NCBI GenBank assembly: GCA_030018585.1
Contig: JASEHZ010000002.1
Location: forward strand, 1 to 49,538
Direction of reading: 5' to 3'
Source of the DNA: Patescibacteria group bacterium
Lineage (GTDB): Bacteria > Patescibacteriota > Minisyncoccia > UBA6257 > GWB1-50-10
Length of the DNA stretch: 49,538 nt
Shown piece after piece: positions 1-8,642 of the stretch (within the stretch, counting starts at the first letter, position 1; each line of letters opens with the position of its first letter). Below the pieces are notes generated by a model that searched no databases, was not told where the DNA came from, and saw only the letters and a list, made by a program, of their open reading frames with translations. The position numbers and the translations under genes are program-made.

Positions 1-43
1 AAAACGTCGACTTAAATATTCCTTGGTTTTTCAAGGGTGAGGG

Positions 44-544
44 ATGAACTTCCAGGTACCGCAATTTATAGACGAGCAAGCCAAAATTATTGGCTTTTTA
101 ACCTTAAAACAATTTGGTTTTATTGCCGTTGCTTTTATTATTGCGCTTATTTCTTTTTATTATTTTACTCTTCCGCTTGCCTTAATTATCACGATTATTG
201 TCGGCGCTCTTGCTTTAGTTTTGGCTTTCTTAAAAATAAACGGCCAACCCCTTCCCAAAATCATTATGGCCGGCATCTCTTATTTATGGAGCCCGAGAAT
301 TTACACTTGGCAAAGAGCAATGAAAGAAACCTCGCTTGATGTTTCGGCTCTGGAAAAACTCGAAGCCGCCCGAAGAAACGTGAGCATCCAGCAAAAAATA
401 AAATCAATCGCGTTGTCAATTACAACAAGCAGGTTTTTTTCGCCTGCCCAAATGCGCGAAAAAGACAAAAAAGACAAACTTCAAGTCGTAAGTTTTTCAA
501 CCGGCGAACGTAAATTCGCCAAACGCATTGATTATAAACAATAA
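44..544 (+). CDS. PrgI/VirB3-like small membrane protein of the T4SS-like cluster
   Basis: The N-terminus MNFQVPQFIDEQAKIIGFLTLKQF followed by two hydrophobic helices resembles the PrgI family. A GGGTGAGGG purine tract lies before the ATG. The gene sits directly upstream of the VirB4-like genes. Confidence 0.55.
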   Translation: MNFQVPQFIDEQAKIIGFLTLKQFGFIAVAFIIALISFYYFTLPLALIITIIVGALALVLAFLKINGQPLPKIIMAGISYLWSPRIYTWQRAMKETSLDVSALEKLEAARRNVSIQQKIKSIALSITTSRFFSPAQMREKDKKDKLQVVSFSTGERKFAKRIDYKQ

Positions 545-588
545 AAGCAAAGACACTTATTTAAGTTATAATAGATTTATCTAATACA

Positions 589-1242
589 ATGGAACCTTCA
601 TTACCAACCCAAAAATTCGTTGACATAAAAAACGTTAAAAACGGGGTTGTTTTTCTTAAAAATAATGGCTTACGGAAAATTTTGATTGTCAGCGGAGTTA
701 ATTTTGATTTAAAATCTGAAGCTGAACAAACTTTAATTTTAAACACTTTTCAAAATATGATAAACGCTTTGGATTTTTCCGTTCAATTTTTTATCCACTC
801 GCGGAAAATAAACGTTGACGAATATCTCGCGAGCATGCTTTCAAGAAAAGATAAAGAAACAAACGAACTTCTCAAAATCCAAATCGGAGAATACGTTGAA
901 TTTATTCGTTCTTTTGTTCAGGAAAACGCCATTATTTCAAAAACTTTTTTTGCAATTGTTCCCTATGATCCTATATCCGTTTCGTCTGAAGCTCAAAGTT
1001 TTTTAAATAGCTTAAAAACAATCATTAAAAAACCGGAAAAAGGACAAAACGCTGAAAGCGACAACACTCAAAAAAACCTAGAGCAGCTTGACCATCGGGT
1101 CAATCAGGTTATTGACGGCTTGGAACAAATAGGTCTAAGAGCGGTGGCCTTGGAAGACGAAGAAATCACAGAACTTTTCTACAATCTTTATAACCCCCAG
1201 CTCATTGAAAAAAAAGGTTTAAGTATCGCTAAAACAACATGA
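589..1242 (+). CDS. VirB4-like N-terminal domain encoded as a separate ORF
   Basis: The text VDIKNVKNGVVFLKNNGLRKILIVSGVNFDLKSEAEQTLILNTFQNMINALDFSVQF matches the usual N-terminal region of Gram-positive-type VirB4/PrgJ ATPases. Its stop overlaps the next start in an ATGA junction at 1239-1242. Confidence 0.5.
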   Translation: MEPSLPTQKFVDIKNVKNGVVFLKNNGLRKILIVSGVNFDLKSEAEQTLILNTFQNMINALDFSVQFFIHSRKINVDEYLASMLSRKDKETNELLKIQIGEYVEFIRSFVQENAIISKTFFAIVPYDPISVSSEAQSFLNSLKTIIKKPEKGQNAESDNTQKNLEQLDHRVNQVIDGLEQIGLRAVALEDEEITELFYNLYNPQLIEKKGLSIAKTT

Positions 1243-3029
1243 CAAGCAAAATTAAAATACCTCAACCCTATAAACCAACCTCGGAAGACGTAGCGAATAT
1301 TATTGCGCCGGCTGGTCTTGAAGCAAGTCCTAATTTCATGAAATTGGGCGATTATTATGCGAAAACTCTTTTTGTGTTCACTTACCCCAGATATATTTCA
1401 AGTGGCTGGTTTTCGCCGATTATTAATTTGGCCGAAATGATGGATATCTCAATTTTTACTCATCCAATGGATACGGCTCTTGCCTTAAGAAACTTAAGGA
1501 AAAAAGTCGCCCAAGTCCAAGCCGAAATGAGTGAACGGGAAGAGAAAGGATTGGTTCGCGATCCTGTTTTAGAAACCGCTTATCAGGATATTGAAAATCT
1601 GCGGGACGCCCTGCAACAAGCCCGGGAAAAACTTTTTAGAGTCGGGGTCTATATTACAATTTACGGCAAAGACTTAGAAGAACTAAACAAGCTGGAAAAC
1701 AAAATTGAAAACATGCTTGAAGCAAAACTTGTTTACGTAAAACCTGCTCTTTTTAAACAAGTTGACGGGTTCGCCTCAACCCTTCCGCTTTGCCAAGACA
1801 AACTTTTAATTCACACTGCCTTAAATTCAGGCCCCTCTTCTTCGCTTTTTCCTTTTGTTTCGCCTGATTTGACTTCGGACAAAGGCATTCTCTACGGCGT
1901 TAATATGCACAATGCCAGTCTTATAATTTTCGACCGATTTTCTCTTGAAAACGCCAACTCGGTTGTTTTTGCCAAATCCGGCGCCGGAAAATCTTACGCC
2001 ACCAAACTCCAAATCTTGCGTTCGCTTATGGTCGGCACAAACGTCATTGTTATTGACCCAGAAAACGAATATCAGAACTTATCAAACGCGATTGGCGGCA
2101 GTTATTTTAAAATTTCCTTAACTTCGCCGAGCCACATCAATCCTTTTGACATTCCGATTATCCCAGAGGGGGAAGAGCCGGCCGATGTTTTCAAATCCCA
2201 CGTTTTAAACCTGACTGGTTTAGTTAAATTAATGCTCGGCGCAATTACACCCGAAGAAGATAGCTTACTTGATCGCGCCATTACCGAAACCTACGCTTCA
2301 AGAGACATTACTGCTGATTCTTTCGGTTCTCTGCAAAAAGAATTAAACCCGCCGCTTTTAGAAGACCTGCAAACGGTTTTAAAAAATACTGAAGGGGGCG
2401 CAAGTCTTGCTCAACGGCTTGAAAAATTCACCCACGGCTCTTACGCGGGCTTTACCAACGCCCCCACTAATATTGATATCAAGAACCGGTTTATTGTTTT
2501 CTCAATCAGGGACCTGGAAGAAGAATTGCGGCCCATTGCCATGTATATAGTTTTGAATTTTGTCTGGAACTTGGTCCGGTCAGAACTAAAACAGCGCCTG
2601 ATGATTATTGACGAAGCCTGGTGGATGATGAAATACAAAGATTCGGCCGCATTCCTTTTCGGCCTTGTGAAACGCGCCCGGAAATATTATTTGGGCATTA
2701 CCACCATCACCCAAGATGTTGAAGATTTCCTAAAATCCGATTATGGCCGACCCATTGTCACAAATTCCTCAATCCAGTTCTTAATGAAACAATCAACCAC
2801 TTCTATCGGCTCGGTCGCCCAAGCTTTTGACTTAACTGAAAGCGAAAAAACTTTTTTGGTTGAAGCCGGAGTTGGCGAAGGATTGTTTTTCGCCGGCTTA
2901 AAACACGTAGCCATAAAAATTATTGCCTCTTACACCGAGGATCAAATTATTACTACCAACCCAGAACAAATGATTGAATTAAAAGGCTTGAAAAAAAACA
3001 ACCGAGAGAATGAACGAGGAACACAATAA
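1239..3029 (+). CDS. VirB4/TrbE-type type IV secretion ATPase (ATPase domain)
   Basis: Walker A is FAKSGAGKSYATK and Walker B is RLMIIDEAWWMM. The 596-aa ORF has a VirB4-like C-terminal region (TTITQDVEDF). Confidence 0.8.
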   Translation: MTSKIKIPQPYKPTSEDVANIIAPAGLEASPNFMKLGDYYAKTLFVFTYPRYISSGWFSPIINLAEMMDISIFTHPMDTALALRNLRKKVAQVQAEMSEREEKGLVRDPVLETAYQDIENLRDALQQAREKLFRVGVYITIYGKDLEELNKLENKIENMLEAKLVYVKPALFKQVDGFASTLPLCQDKLLIHTALNSGPSSSLFPFVSPDLTSDKGILYGVNMHNASLIIFDRFSLENANSVVFAKSGAGKSYATKLQILRSLMVGTNVIVIDPENEYQNLSNAIGGSYFKISLTSPSHINPFDIPIIPEGEEPADVFKSHVLNLTGLVKLMLGAITPEEDSLLDRAITETYASRDITADSFGSLQKELNPPLLEDLQTVLKNTEGGASLAQRLEKFTHGSYAGFTNAPTNIDIKNRFIVFSIRDLEEELRPIAMYIVLNFVWNLVRSELKQRLMIIDEAWWMMKYKDSAAFLFGLVKRARKYYLGITTITQDVEDFLKSDYGRPIVTNSSIQFLMKQSTTSIGSVAQAFDLTESEKTFLVEAGVGEGLFFAGLKHVAIKIIASYTEDQIITTNPEQMIELKGLKKNNRENERGTQ

Positions 3030-3375
3030 ATACAAAGAAGTGGAAATGCTTTTTGGCTGTCTTTTTACTTTAAGCGTTGACGGCGTTTGTTTCATTCTTG
3101 ATTGGACTGGGATCGGCGACATTATCACTCCTTTCATCCAAAGCGCTGGCACGGCATGTCTTTCTTTGTGGGCTTGGCGAAAAGGCGACAAAGCTTCGCT
3201 TAAATTCGGCCGACAAGCAGCAAAATACGCTTCCAACGCTCTGCCGTGGATTCCTACGCTCACTGCCATGTTCATAATAGAGACCTATATGCACAATCAT
3301 CCAGAAAAATTTGCTTTAGCTGAAAAAACCATAAATGCTGGTTCGGGTAAATCTGCTACTGCAGCAGTCAAATAA
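3010..3375 (+). CDS. small hydrophobic protein, T4SS-cluster associated
   Basis: The ORF overlaps the VirB4 3' end by 20 nt and has two predicted hydrophobic segments. An internal ATG at 3046 is an alternative start. Confidence 0.4.
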   Translation: MNEEHNKYKEVEMLFGCLFTLSVDGVCFILDWTGIGDIITPFIQSAGTACLSLWAWRKGDKASLKFGRQAAKYASNALPWIPTLTAMFIIETYMHNHPEKFALAEKTINAGSGKSATAAVK

Positions 3376-3406
3376 CGGGTTCCAAGCTATAATTAAATAA
3401 ATAACA

Positions 3407-4081
3407 ATGAAATTTATATCTATAATCATAATTTCTGTCCTAGTTGGATTTTTTGGACTATCTAGCTCTATTCTCGCCCAAACTGAATCCCAAGGAGAAA
3501 TAATTTTTACTTGGCAGGCTAAAAATTTCTACCCGGCCAATTTCGAAGGCAAAGCCCTACCAACCCAAAATTCCAACATAGACACTGCTTTAGAACTTCT
3601 AAAAGATAACAAACTTCAAGATTTGAGTAATGCCGCTATTACTTGGTTTTTGGATGGAAAAATTTTCAAAAAGGGGATTGGCTTTAAAGAAGCTTCTTTT
3701 ATAGCAAACAGGCCGGCCAGCGATTCGCATTTTATTAAAGTAACTATTGAATTGCAAAATGATTTTTACGAAAATTCTTTACGTCTTTATGTTTTCAATC
3801 CTAAAATCGCTATTTTAACAAAACCATTTTCCAGATACACAATTCCCGCCAACGCCGAATTCTCTCTTAGTGCCGTACCTTTCTTTTTTAACGTGGGGTC
3901 TTTTCAAGATCTTTTATTTTTCTGGCAAATCGGCTCAGAAAAAACAAGCGGCTCAAATGCCTTATCTTTGATATTCCAAAAAACGGAAAAAACCATTGAT
4001 GTTTCTGTGGCCATTCAAAACCAAAAAAACATTCTTGAAACAACAAAAGAATTGGTTTATTTGAATATAAAATCCCGTTAG
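3407..4081 (+). CDS. secreted protein of unknown function
   Basis: The N-terminal signal-like sequence is MKFISIIIISVLVGFFGLSSSILAQ. The TAG stop at 4079-4081 lies inside the left arm of repeat cassette E1. Confidence 0.55.
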   Translation: MKFISIIIISVLVGFFGLSSSILAQTESQGEIIFTWQAKNFYPANFEGKALPTQNSNIDTALELLKDNKLQDLSNAAITWFLDGKIFKKGIGFKEASFIANRPASDSHFIKVTIELQNDFYENSLRLYVFNPKIAILTKPFSRYTIPANAEFSLSAVPFFFNVGSFQDLLFFWQIGSEKTSGSNALSLIFQKTEKTIDVSVAIQNQKNILETTKELVYLNIKSR

Positions 4082-4191
4082 AGATAACTAAATTTTAATT
4101 ACTTTAATATTAATGACAAAACAAATAACATTATTATCACGCTCAACGGTCGGGTTTGCGGTCACCTTTGGTGACCTATCTCTAACGGGAT
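4072..4191. repeat. Inverted-repeat-framed cassette E1 (copy 1 of 3)
   Basis: The arms are perfect 15-nt inverted repeats: ATCCCGTTAGAGATA (4072-4086) and TATCTCTAACGGGAT (4177-4191). An inner hairpin GGTCACC-TTT-GGTGACC (4160-4176) abuts the right arm. The right arm includes the A and T of the ATG at 4190. Confidence 0.8.
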
Positions 4192-5710
4192 GAAAAAAAA
4201 TAATTCTTATCTTCTCATTCTTCTCGTCTTTTTTGTCTTTCTTTTCTCGTTTAATTTAATTTTCGCTCAAGGATTTAAATTTAATTTTCCGGGCGCGACC
4301 GCCGGCACTTCAAGCATTCAAGCTTATATTGTAAACTTCTACCAGTTCGGCCTTGCTATTGCCGGCATTTTGGCAGTCGGCATGATTGTGGCAGGCGCAA
4401 TTTATTACAGTTTATCCGGCGCAAGCCCCGACAAACAAAGCGAAGCAAAAGACATGATTACCTCCGCTATTTGGGGACTTATTCTTCTTTTTGGTTCTTA
4501 TTTAATCTTATCCACTATTAATCCTAATTTGGTGGTTTTGGATCTGCCTGGCCAAGGCAGCACTTCTTGCAGCGCCAAGAACGCGCCTAAACCCTGCGAA
4601 ACAAACGAAACACCAATTTATAACCAAAGTAATGGAACTTGCAATTGTTATATTCCTCTTCAAACAAACTGTTCTTTTCAACCAGAATTGCCATCTTGCA
4701 CGCCCGGTCAATCGGCTACAGATGATAAAGGAAACTGTGTTTGCAAGCCGGAAAAAACAGAAACAGCCAGCTGTCCGGGTGATTTTGCGCCGCTTGCTCC
4801 AGATCCAAACAATATCCCAGTTTACGCTTGGACAACGGATGTAAATATAATAAAAGCATTAAAGCCGAACAGGCTTCCTATTGACCCGAGCGCATGGCCT
4901 TATTTTTCTCGTTGTCCAAGGAAAGTAAAAATTAAAATTAGCGGTAGTGGCACTGATTTTTACACAATCGACTGCGACTCTTGTGAAGGCGGTTGGTCAC
5001 AAGCCAATGACGGACATCATATTACGACTTCAACTGACTGGACCACTGGTTGGCTTTGGCCATATTATCCTAAAAAACTCGACCTGAGCAAAGCTCTTTG
5101 TCTTATGTACGCTTGGTATAACCCCGAAGAAAGCGCGTTAGAAAAAGCTGATCTTGACGGCTTAAAAGCCTGCACTACTTTCAGCACCTCTACTTTAGTA
5201 AACATTCCTGTTCTTAAAGACGTGAAGCCTTGTTTAGCTTGCGTTGATTTTCCATTCCAAGTTGACACCCGAACCAATCCTTTTTCTCCAATCCCATCTC
5301 CAGTAATGATTCCATCAAAACCCATAGGTGAGGTATGCAACCCAAGCCTAACATCTTTAGACAAATGTATGGTGACTCCTGGTATAAAAACAAAGCTGAC
5401 TAAATTATATAATCAAACCAAAAATTGGAATGAGACGGGCAGACAAAATGAAGGCGACGCCTGGAATCAAAAAAACTTAAGCTGGGAAGTTACTGAAGTT
5501 TGGCCGCCAGCCGCTGCTCATCAAGACCCTTGTCATTATAACGGAACTTGCATTGACGTGGCTTTGCGCGAAAACGTTAATTGCAATAATGTTGCTGTTT
5601 TTAAAAATTTAGCGCAAAATGCCGGCGGTTTTTGGGTAAAAAATGAATATCCTGACTGCGGCGGCGCAACAACCCCCAATTGGACTGGCGGCCATTTTCA
5701 CTTAAAATAA
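4190..5710 (+). CDS. T4SS pilin-like (VirB2/TrbC-like) N-terminal domain fused to a Cys-rich region and a putative LAS-type Zn-peptidase C-terminus
   Basis: After a signal sequence come two hydrophobic helices, IVNFYQFGLAIAGILAVGMIVAGAIYYSLSG and ITSAIWGLILLFGSYLILSTINP, as in TrbC/VirB2-type pilins. The middle of the protein carries many Cys. The C-terminus has CHYNGTCIDVAL (from 5519) and GGHFHLK, resembling the H-x2-G-x-A-x-D and H-x-H motifs. Confidence 0.65.
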   Translation: MKKNNSYLLILLVFFVFLFSFNLIFAQGFKFNFPGATAGTSSIQAYIVNFYQFGLAIAGILAVGMIVAGAIYYSLSGASPDKQSEAKDMITSAIWGLILLFGSYLILSTINPNLVVLDLPGQGSTSCSAKNAPKPCETNETPIYNQSNGTCNCYIPLQTNCSFQPELPSCTPGQSATDDKGNCVCKPEKTETASCPGDFAPLAPDPNNIPVYAWTTDVNIIKALKPNRLPIDPSAWPYFSRCPRKVKIKISGSGTDFYTIDCDSCEGGWSQANDGHHITTSTDWTTGWLWPYYPKKLDLSKALCLMYAWYNPEESALEKADLDGLKACTTFSTSTLVNIPVLKDVKPCLACVDFPFQVDTRTNPFSPIPSPVMIPSKPIGEVCNPSLTSLDKCMVTPGIKTKLTKLYNQTKNWNETGRQNEGDAWNQKNLSWEVTEVWPPAAAHQDPCHYNGTCIDVALRENVNCNNVAVFKNLAQNAGGFWVKNEYPDCGGATTPNWTGGHFHLK

Positions 5711-5729
5711 ACAATTAATAATAAGTAAT

Positions 5730-6884
5730 ATGCGGCCAATAATCAAAATTTTAATAATAGCTATTATCCTTGTTATTGCTGGTTTTATTGTCTACTGGAT
5801 TTGGAATAAAATAACCGATCAAACCGAACCGCCAACAGAGTCTCAAATTCCAACCTCAACCGTGCCGACAATACCGCCTGTCGGCGCGGACTTAAAACTT
5901 AAAAAATTATCAGATTTAACAGTTTTTGATTTTGTGATAAGCAATGCGGGAGAAATATTTTATTTTTCAGAAGACGGCAAGGTTTTAAACGCCAAAGAAG
6001 GATCAGATATTGAAATTCTAAGCCAGACAGTAAGTGCTTTAAATTTCATTGAAAAAGCGCCGGGCAGTGAGAAAATTCTTGCGGCTTTTGAAGACCCTAA
6101 AAACCCAAGCTGGGGCATTTTTGATTTAATTGATAAGGTCTGGCGACCGCTGCCGCAAGAAATCATAAACGCAACCTGGGGCGAGAAAAGCACAGAACTG
6201 ATCACGCTTATTAAAAACAAAAACGAAATAAATCTTTCTTATTTAGACGTCTCAAAACCGCAACCGGCTCAAAAAATTATTATTAAAGATTTTAAATTGA
6301 AAGACTTAAAACTTGTTTTTAAATCGCCTCAAACTCTTTTATTAATTGAAAAACCGTCAAATGAATATTTGGGCCGGGCTTGGCAACTAGATTTGAAAAA
6401 ACTAACCTTAAATTTAATTATAGGCCCGGAAAAAGGGCTCGTGCTTAAATGGTCTGATGATAAAAGTCTTGCTTTAAAATTTAGTTCGCCCGATAATCTT
6501 TTGGTTTTGGATCAAAATTTAAAAATTTTAACCCCGCCAGTTTTTTCCACCCTGCCTCAAAAATGCGCTTTTGTTGCTTCCAAAAAACTTATCTATTGCT
6601 TCGTTCCTCAAGAATCTACGGCTGATTCAAAATTTGTTCTTCCTGACGATTATTTAATGGAGCGGCTCCTTACGGTTGATAATCTTATTTCACTAAACCT
6701 TGAAACCGATGAAACGACCAAAATTTTCTCTTCTGGTTATGACCCTGTAAGCCCAGTTGATGTTAGAAACCCGCAAGTTTTAGGCAATTCAATTTATTTT
6801 ATTAACCGCTACGATAATTATATTTACAAACTGGAACTTCCTGAACAAATGAAAGAAGAAGGTCTATTCCTGCCGAATCCTTAA
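5730..6884 (+). CDS. N-terminally membrane-anchored extracytoplasmic protein, unknown function
   Basis: It has a single N-terminal TM segment (IIKILIIAIILVIAGFIVYWIW) followed by a Pro/Thr linker and a 330-aa domain. It is the last gene of the T4SS-like block. Confidence 0.6.
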   Translation: MRPIIKILIIAIILVIAGFIVYWIWNKITDQTEPPTESQIPTSTVPTIPPVGADLKLKKLSDLTVFDFVISNAGEIFYFSEDGKVLNAKEGSDIEILSQTVSALNFIEKAPGSEKILAAFEDPKNPSWGIFDLIDKVWRPLPQEIINATWGEKSTELITLIKNKNEINLSYLDVSKPQPAQKIIIKDFKLKDLKLVFKSPQTLLLIEKPSNEYLGRAWQLDLKKLTLNLIIGPEKGLVLKWSDDKSLALKFSSPDNLLVLDQNLKILTPPVFSTLPQKCAFVASKKLIYCFVPQESTADSKFVLPDDYLMERLLTVDNLISLNLETDETTKIFSSGYDPVSPVDVRNPQVLGNSIYFINRYDNYIYKLELPEQMKEEGLFLPNP

Positions 6885-6900
6885 TTATAATCGTTTTAAA

Positions 6901-7329
6901 TTAAGCGATATGCTTGATGATGATATGACGATCGCGTCCTTCACCCGCACTTTCGGTTCTTAACTCTGGATGAGTGGCAATCTCCACATGAACCAATCTT
7001 CTTTCGTATGCGTTCATTGCCGGTAACTCAACCTTTTTTTTGGTAACCATAGCTTTGTGAGCCGCCGCCTTAGCTAATTCAACGATCAACCGTTCTCGTT
7101 CTTTCCGATAAAAATTCAAGTCAACGATAAAGCTAGGCTTTCCTTCTTTTTTAAGAACAAGGTTTATAAGATGGTCTAAGGCCGACAAAATGTTTGCAAG
7201 GCAAGCTTGCACAAGCTCATCGTCTATTATGACAGATATTCGTCTATGCTCTTCGTCACAACTGATTTCAAATCTGTTAAAACCCATTAATTCTATTAAC
7301 CTTTTTGTTTTTTCTGTTATTTGTTCCAT
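6901..7329 (-). CDS. jag: Jag/KhpB-like RNA-binding protein (KH + R3H)
   Basis: The gene is immediately downstream of yidC. It has an R3H-like C-terminus (MNAYERRLVHVEIATHPELRTES.GEG..R...I). Confidence 0.75.
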   Translation of the reverse strand: MEQITEKTKRLIELMGFNRFEISCDEEHRRISVIIDDELVQACLANILSALDHLINLVLKKEGKPSFIVDLNFYRKERERLIVELAKAAAHKAMVTKKKVELPAMNAYERRLVHVEIATHPELRTESAGEGRDRHIIIKHIA

Positions 7330-7332
7330 TTC

Positions 7333-7998
7333 TTATTTTTTGATTTTCTTATTTATATAAAACTGCTGCAGGATTGAAAAAGTTGTTGAAGTAAACCAAT
7401 AAACTCCTAAGGCCGCTGGTAGAGCGCTCAAAACAAAAAACGTGATAATAGGACCAATCCAAACCATGGCTTTTCCTGTCATTATCATAGGATTCGGACT
7501 TTTGTCTTGGTTGGTTTGTTTTGGTAAAGAAAGCTTGCCTTGATAATACTGCAAAAGGGCCGTGATTAAAGTAACGGATAAATTCTTTTCGTTTAAACTA
7601 ATCAATCCTAAAAAGGAGTGGGTATCGAACGTCGAGGTTTCCAATTCCTTATTAAACAATTGAAATAAAGCAATGAAAACCGGCAGCTGAATTAACAAAA
7701 GAAAGAAACCAGAAAAAGGGTTTAGTTTGTTTTCTTTATAAAGACTCATTAAGGCCTTTGCTTGTTTTTCTTTGTCGTTTTTATGATCGGTTTGAATTTT
7801 TTTTATCTGGGGCTGTAATTGTTGCATGATGGTTTGATCCTTGGCGCCTTTATAAAAAAGCGGGAAAAGAACGGTTCTTACCAAAAGAGTGAGGATAATA
7901 ATAGAAACGCCAAGATCTTGAAAAGCAATGTTTTGATAAATAAAAACAAGAACCGATAAAATTGGTTCGTAAATATAACTATTAAATAAAGCAGTCAT
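7333..7998 (-). CDS. yidC: membrane protein insertase YidC (short form)
   Basis: It occupies the rnpA-yidC-jag position. Motifs include LLVRTVLFPL, QPQIKKIQ and LPVFIALF, in a multi-TM protein. Confidence 0.85.
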   Translation of the reverse strand: MTALFNSYIYEPILSVLVFIYQNIAFQDLGVSIIILTLLVRTVLFPLFYKGAKDQTIMQQLQPQIKKIQTDHKNDKEKQAKALMSLYKENKLNPFSGFFLLLIQLPVFIALFQLFNKELETSTFDTHSFLGLISLNEKNLSVTLITALLQYYQGKLSLPKQTNQDKSPNPMIMTGKAMVWIGPIITFFVLSALPAALGVYWFTSTTFSILQQFYINKKIKK

Positions 7999-8003
7999 GT
8001 TTT

Positions 8004-8264
8004 TTAAAATTTAAAAGCTTTTATTATTTCTTGTTTTAATTCTTTGAAATTTAATCTTGTTATTTCCGGTTTTGTTATAATTGTGTATACAAATTCCGGA
8101 TTTTTTAAAAATTCTCTTGCGATAACCCTAATTCTCCGTTTGATCTTATTCCTTAAAACAGCCTTTTTAGAAACTGTCCGTCCGACAACGATAATTAAGA
8201 ACTTTTTGTTTCTGGGGTCTTTTTTTGATTTTTTTACAATTAAAAACGCCACGGATACAAACAC
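8004..8264 (-). CDS. rnpA: ribonuclease P protein component
   Basis: It contains the RNR-like motif AVLRNKIKRRIR and sits between rpmH and yidC. The start is GTG. Confidence 0.75.
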   Translation of the reverse strand: MFVSVAFLIVKKSKKDPRNKKFLIIVVGRTVSKKAVLRNKIKRRIRVIAREFLKNPEFVYTIITKPEITRLNFKELKQEIIKAFKF

Positions 8265-8271
8265 AAAAGAC

Positions 8272-8406
8272 CTACAAAGCTATTCTTTTCCTACCCGCCT
8301 GACGCCTTCTTTTAAGAACTGCTCGTCCGCCCGGCGTTCTCTTTCTTTTTAAAAAACCGTGAGTTTTCCTTCTTTTTTTCTTTTTCGGCTGAAAAGTTAC
8401 GCTCAT
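8272..8406 (-). CDS. rpmH: 50S ribosomal protein L34
   Basis: Hand translation of the minus strand gives [44 protein letters not shown] (44 aa). The ORF is too short for the supplied ORF track. Confidence 0.85.
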   Translation of the reverse strand: MSVTFQPKKKKRRKTHGFLKRKRTPGGRAVLKRRRQAGRKRIAL

Positions 8407-8642
8407 AAAAATAGTTTTTTCTCCCGACTTTTTGCTGTTTGTTTGGTAAACTTATTATAAATGAACTCTGTTTTTTCGCAACCTTTTTGTTTTTTTGCTC
8501 AAATTTTTCATTAAAAAGTTATTAACAAACAGTCCACAATTAAAGCACAAAATTATTTTCTAAACAACATTGAAACTTTCTAAAATATGGTTATGATTAA
8601 TTCCAAAATCATAAACGCAACCGTCGATAATAAAAAACTTTT

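Noticed and set aside
4072-4191. Reading the E cassettes as integron attC sites, because the arms contain GTTAGAG/GTTAGAT and CTCTAAC/ATCTAAC, which resemble the GTTRRRY and RYYYAAC core sites.
   Set aside because: The order is reversed relative to attC, where RYYYAAC comes first and GTTRRRY last. No intI or attI is in the window. The right arm is fixed to start codons rather than to cassette 3' ends.
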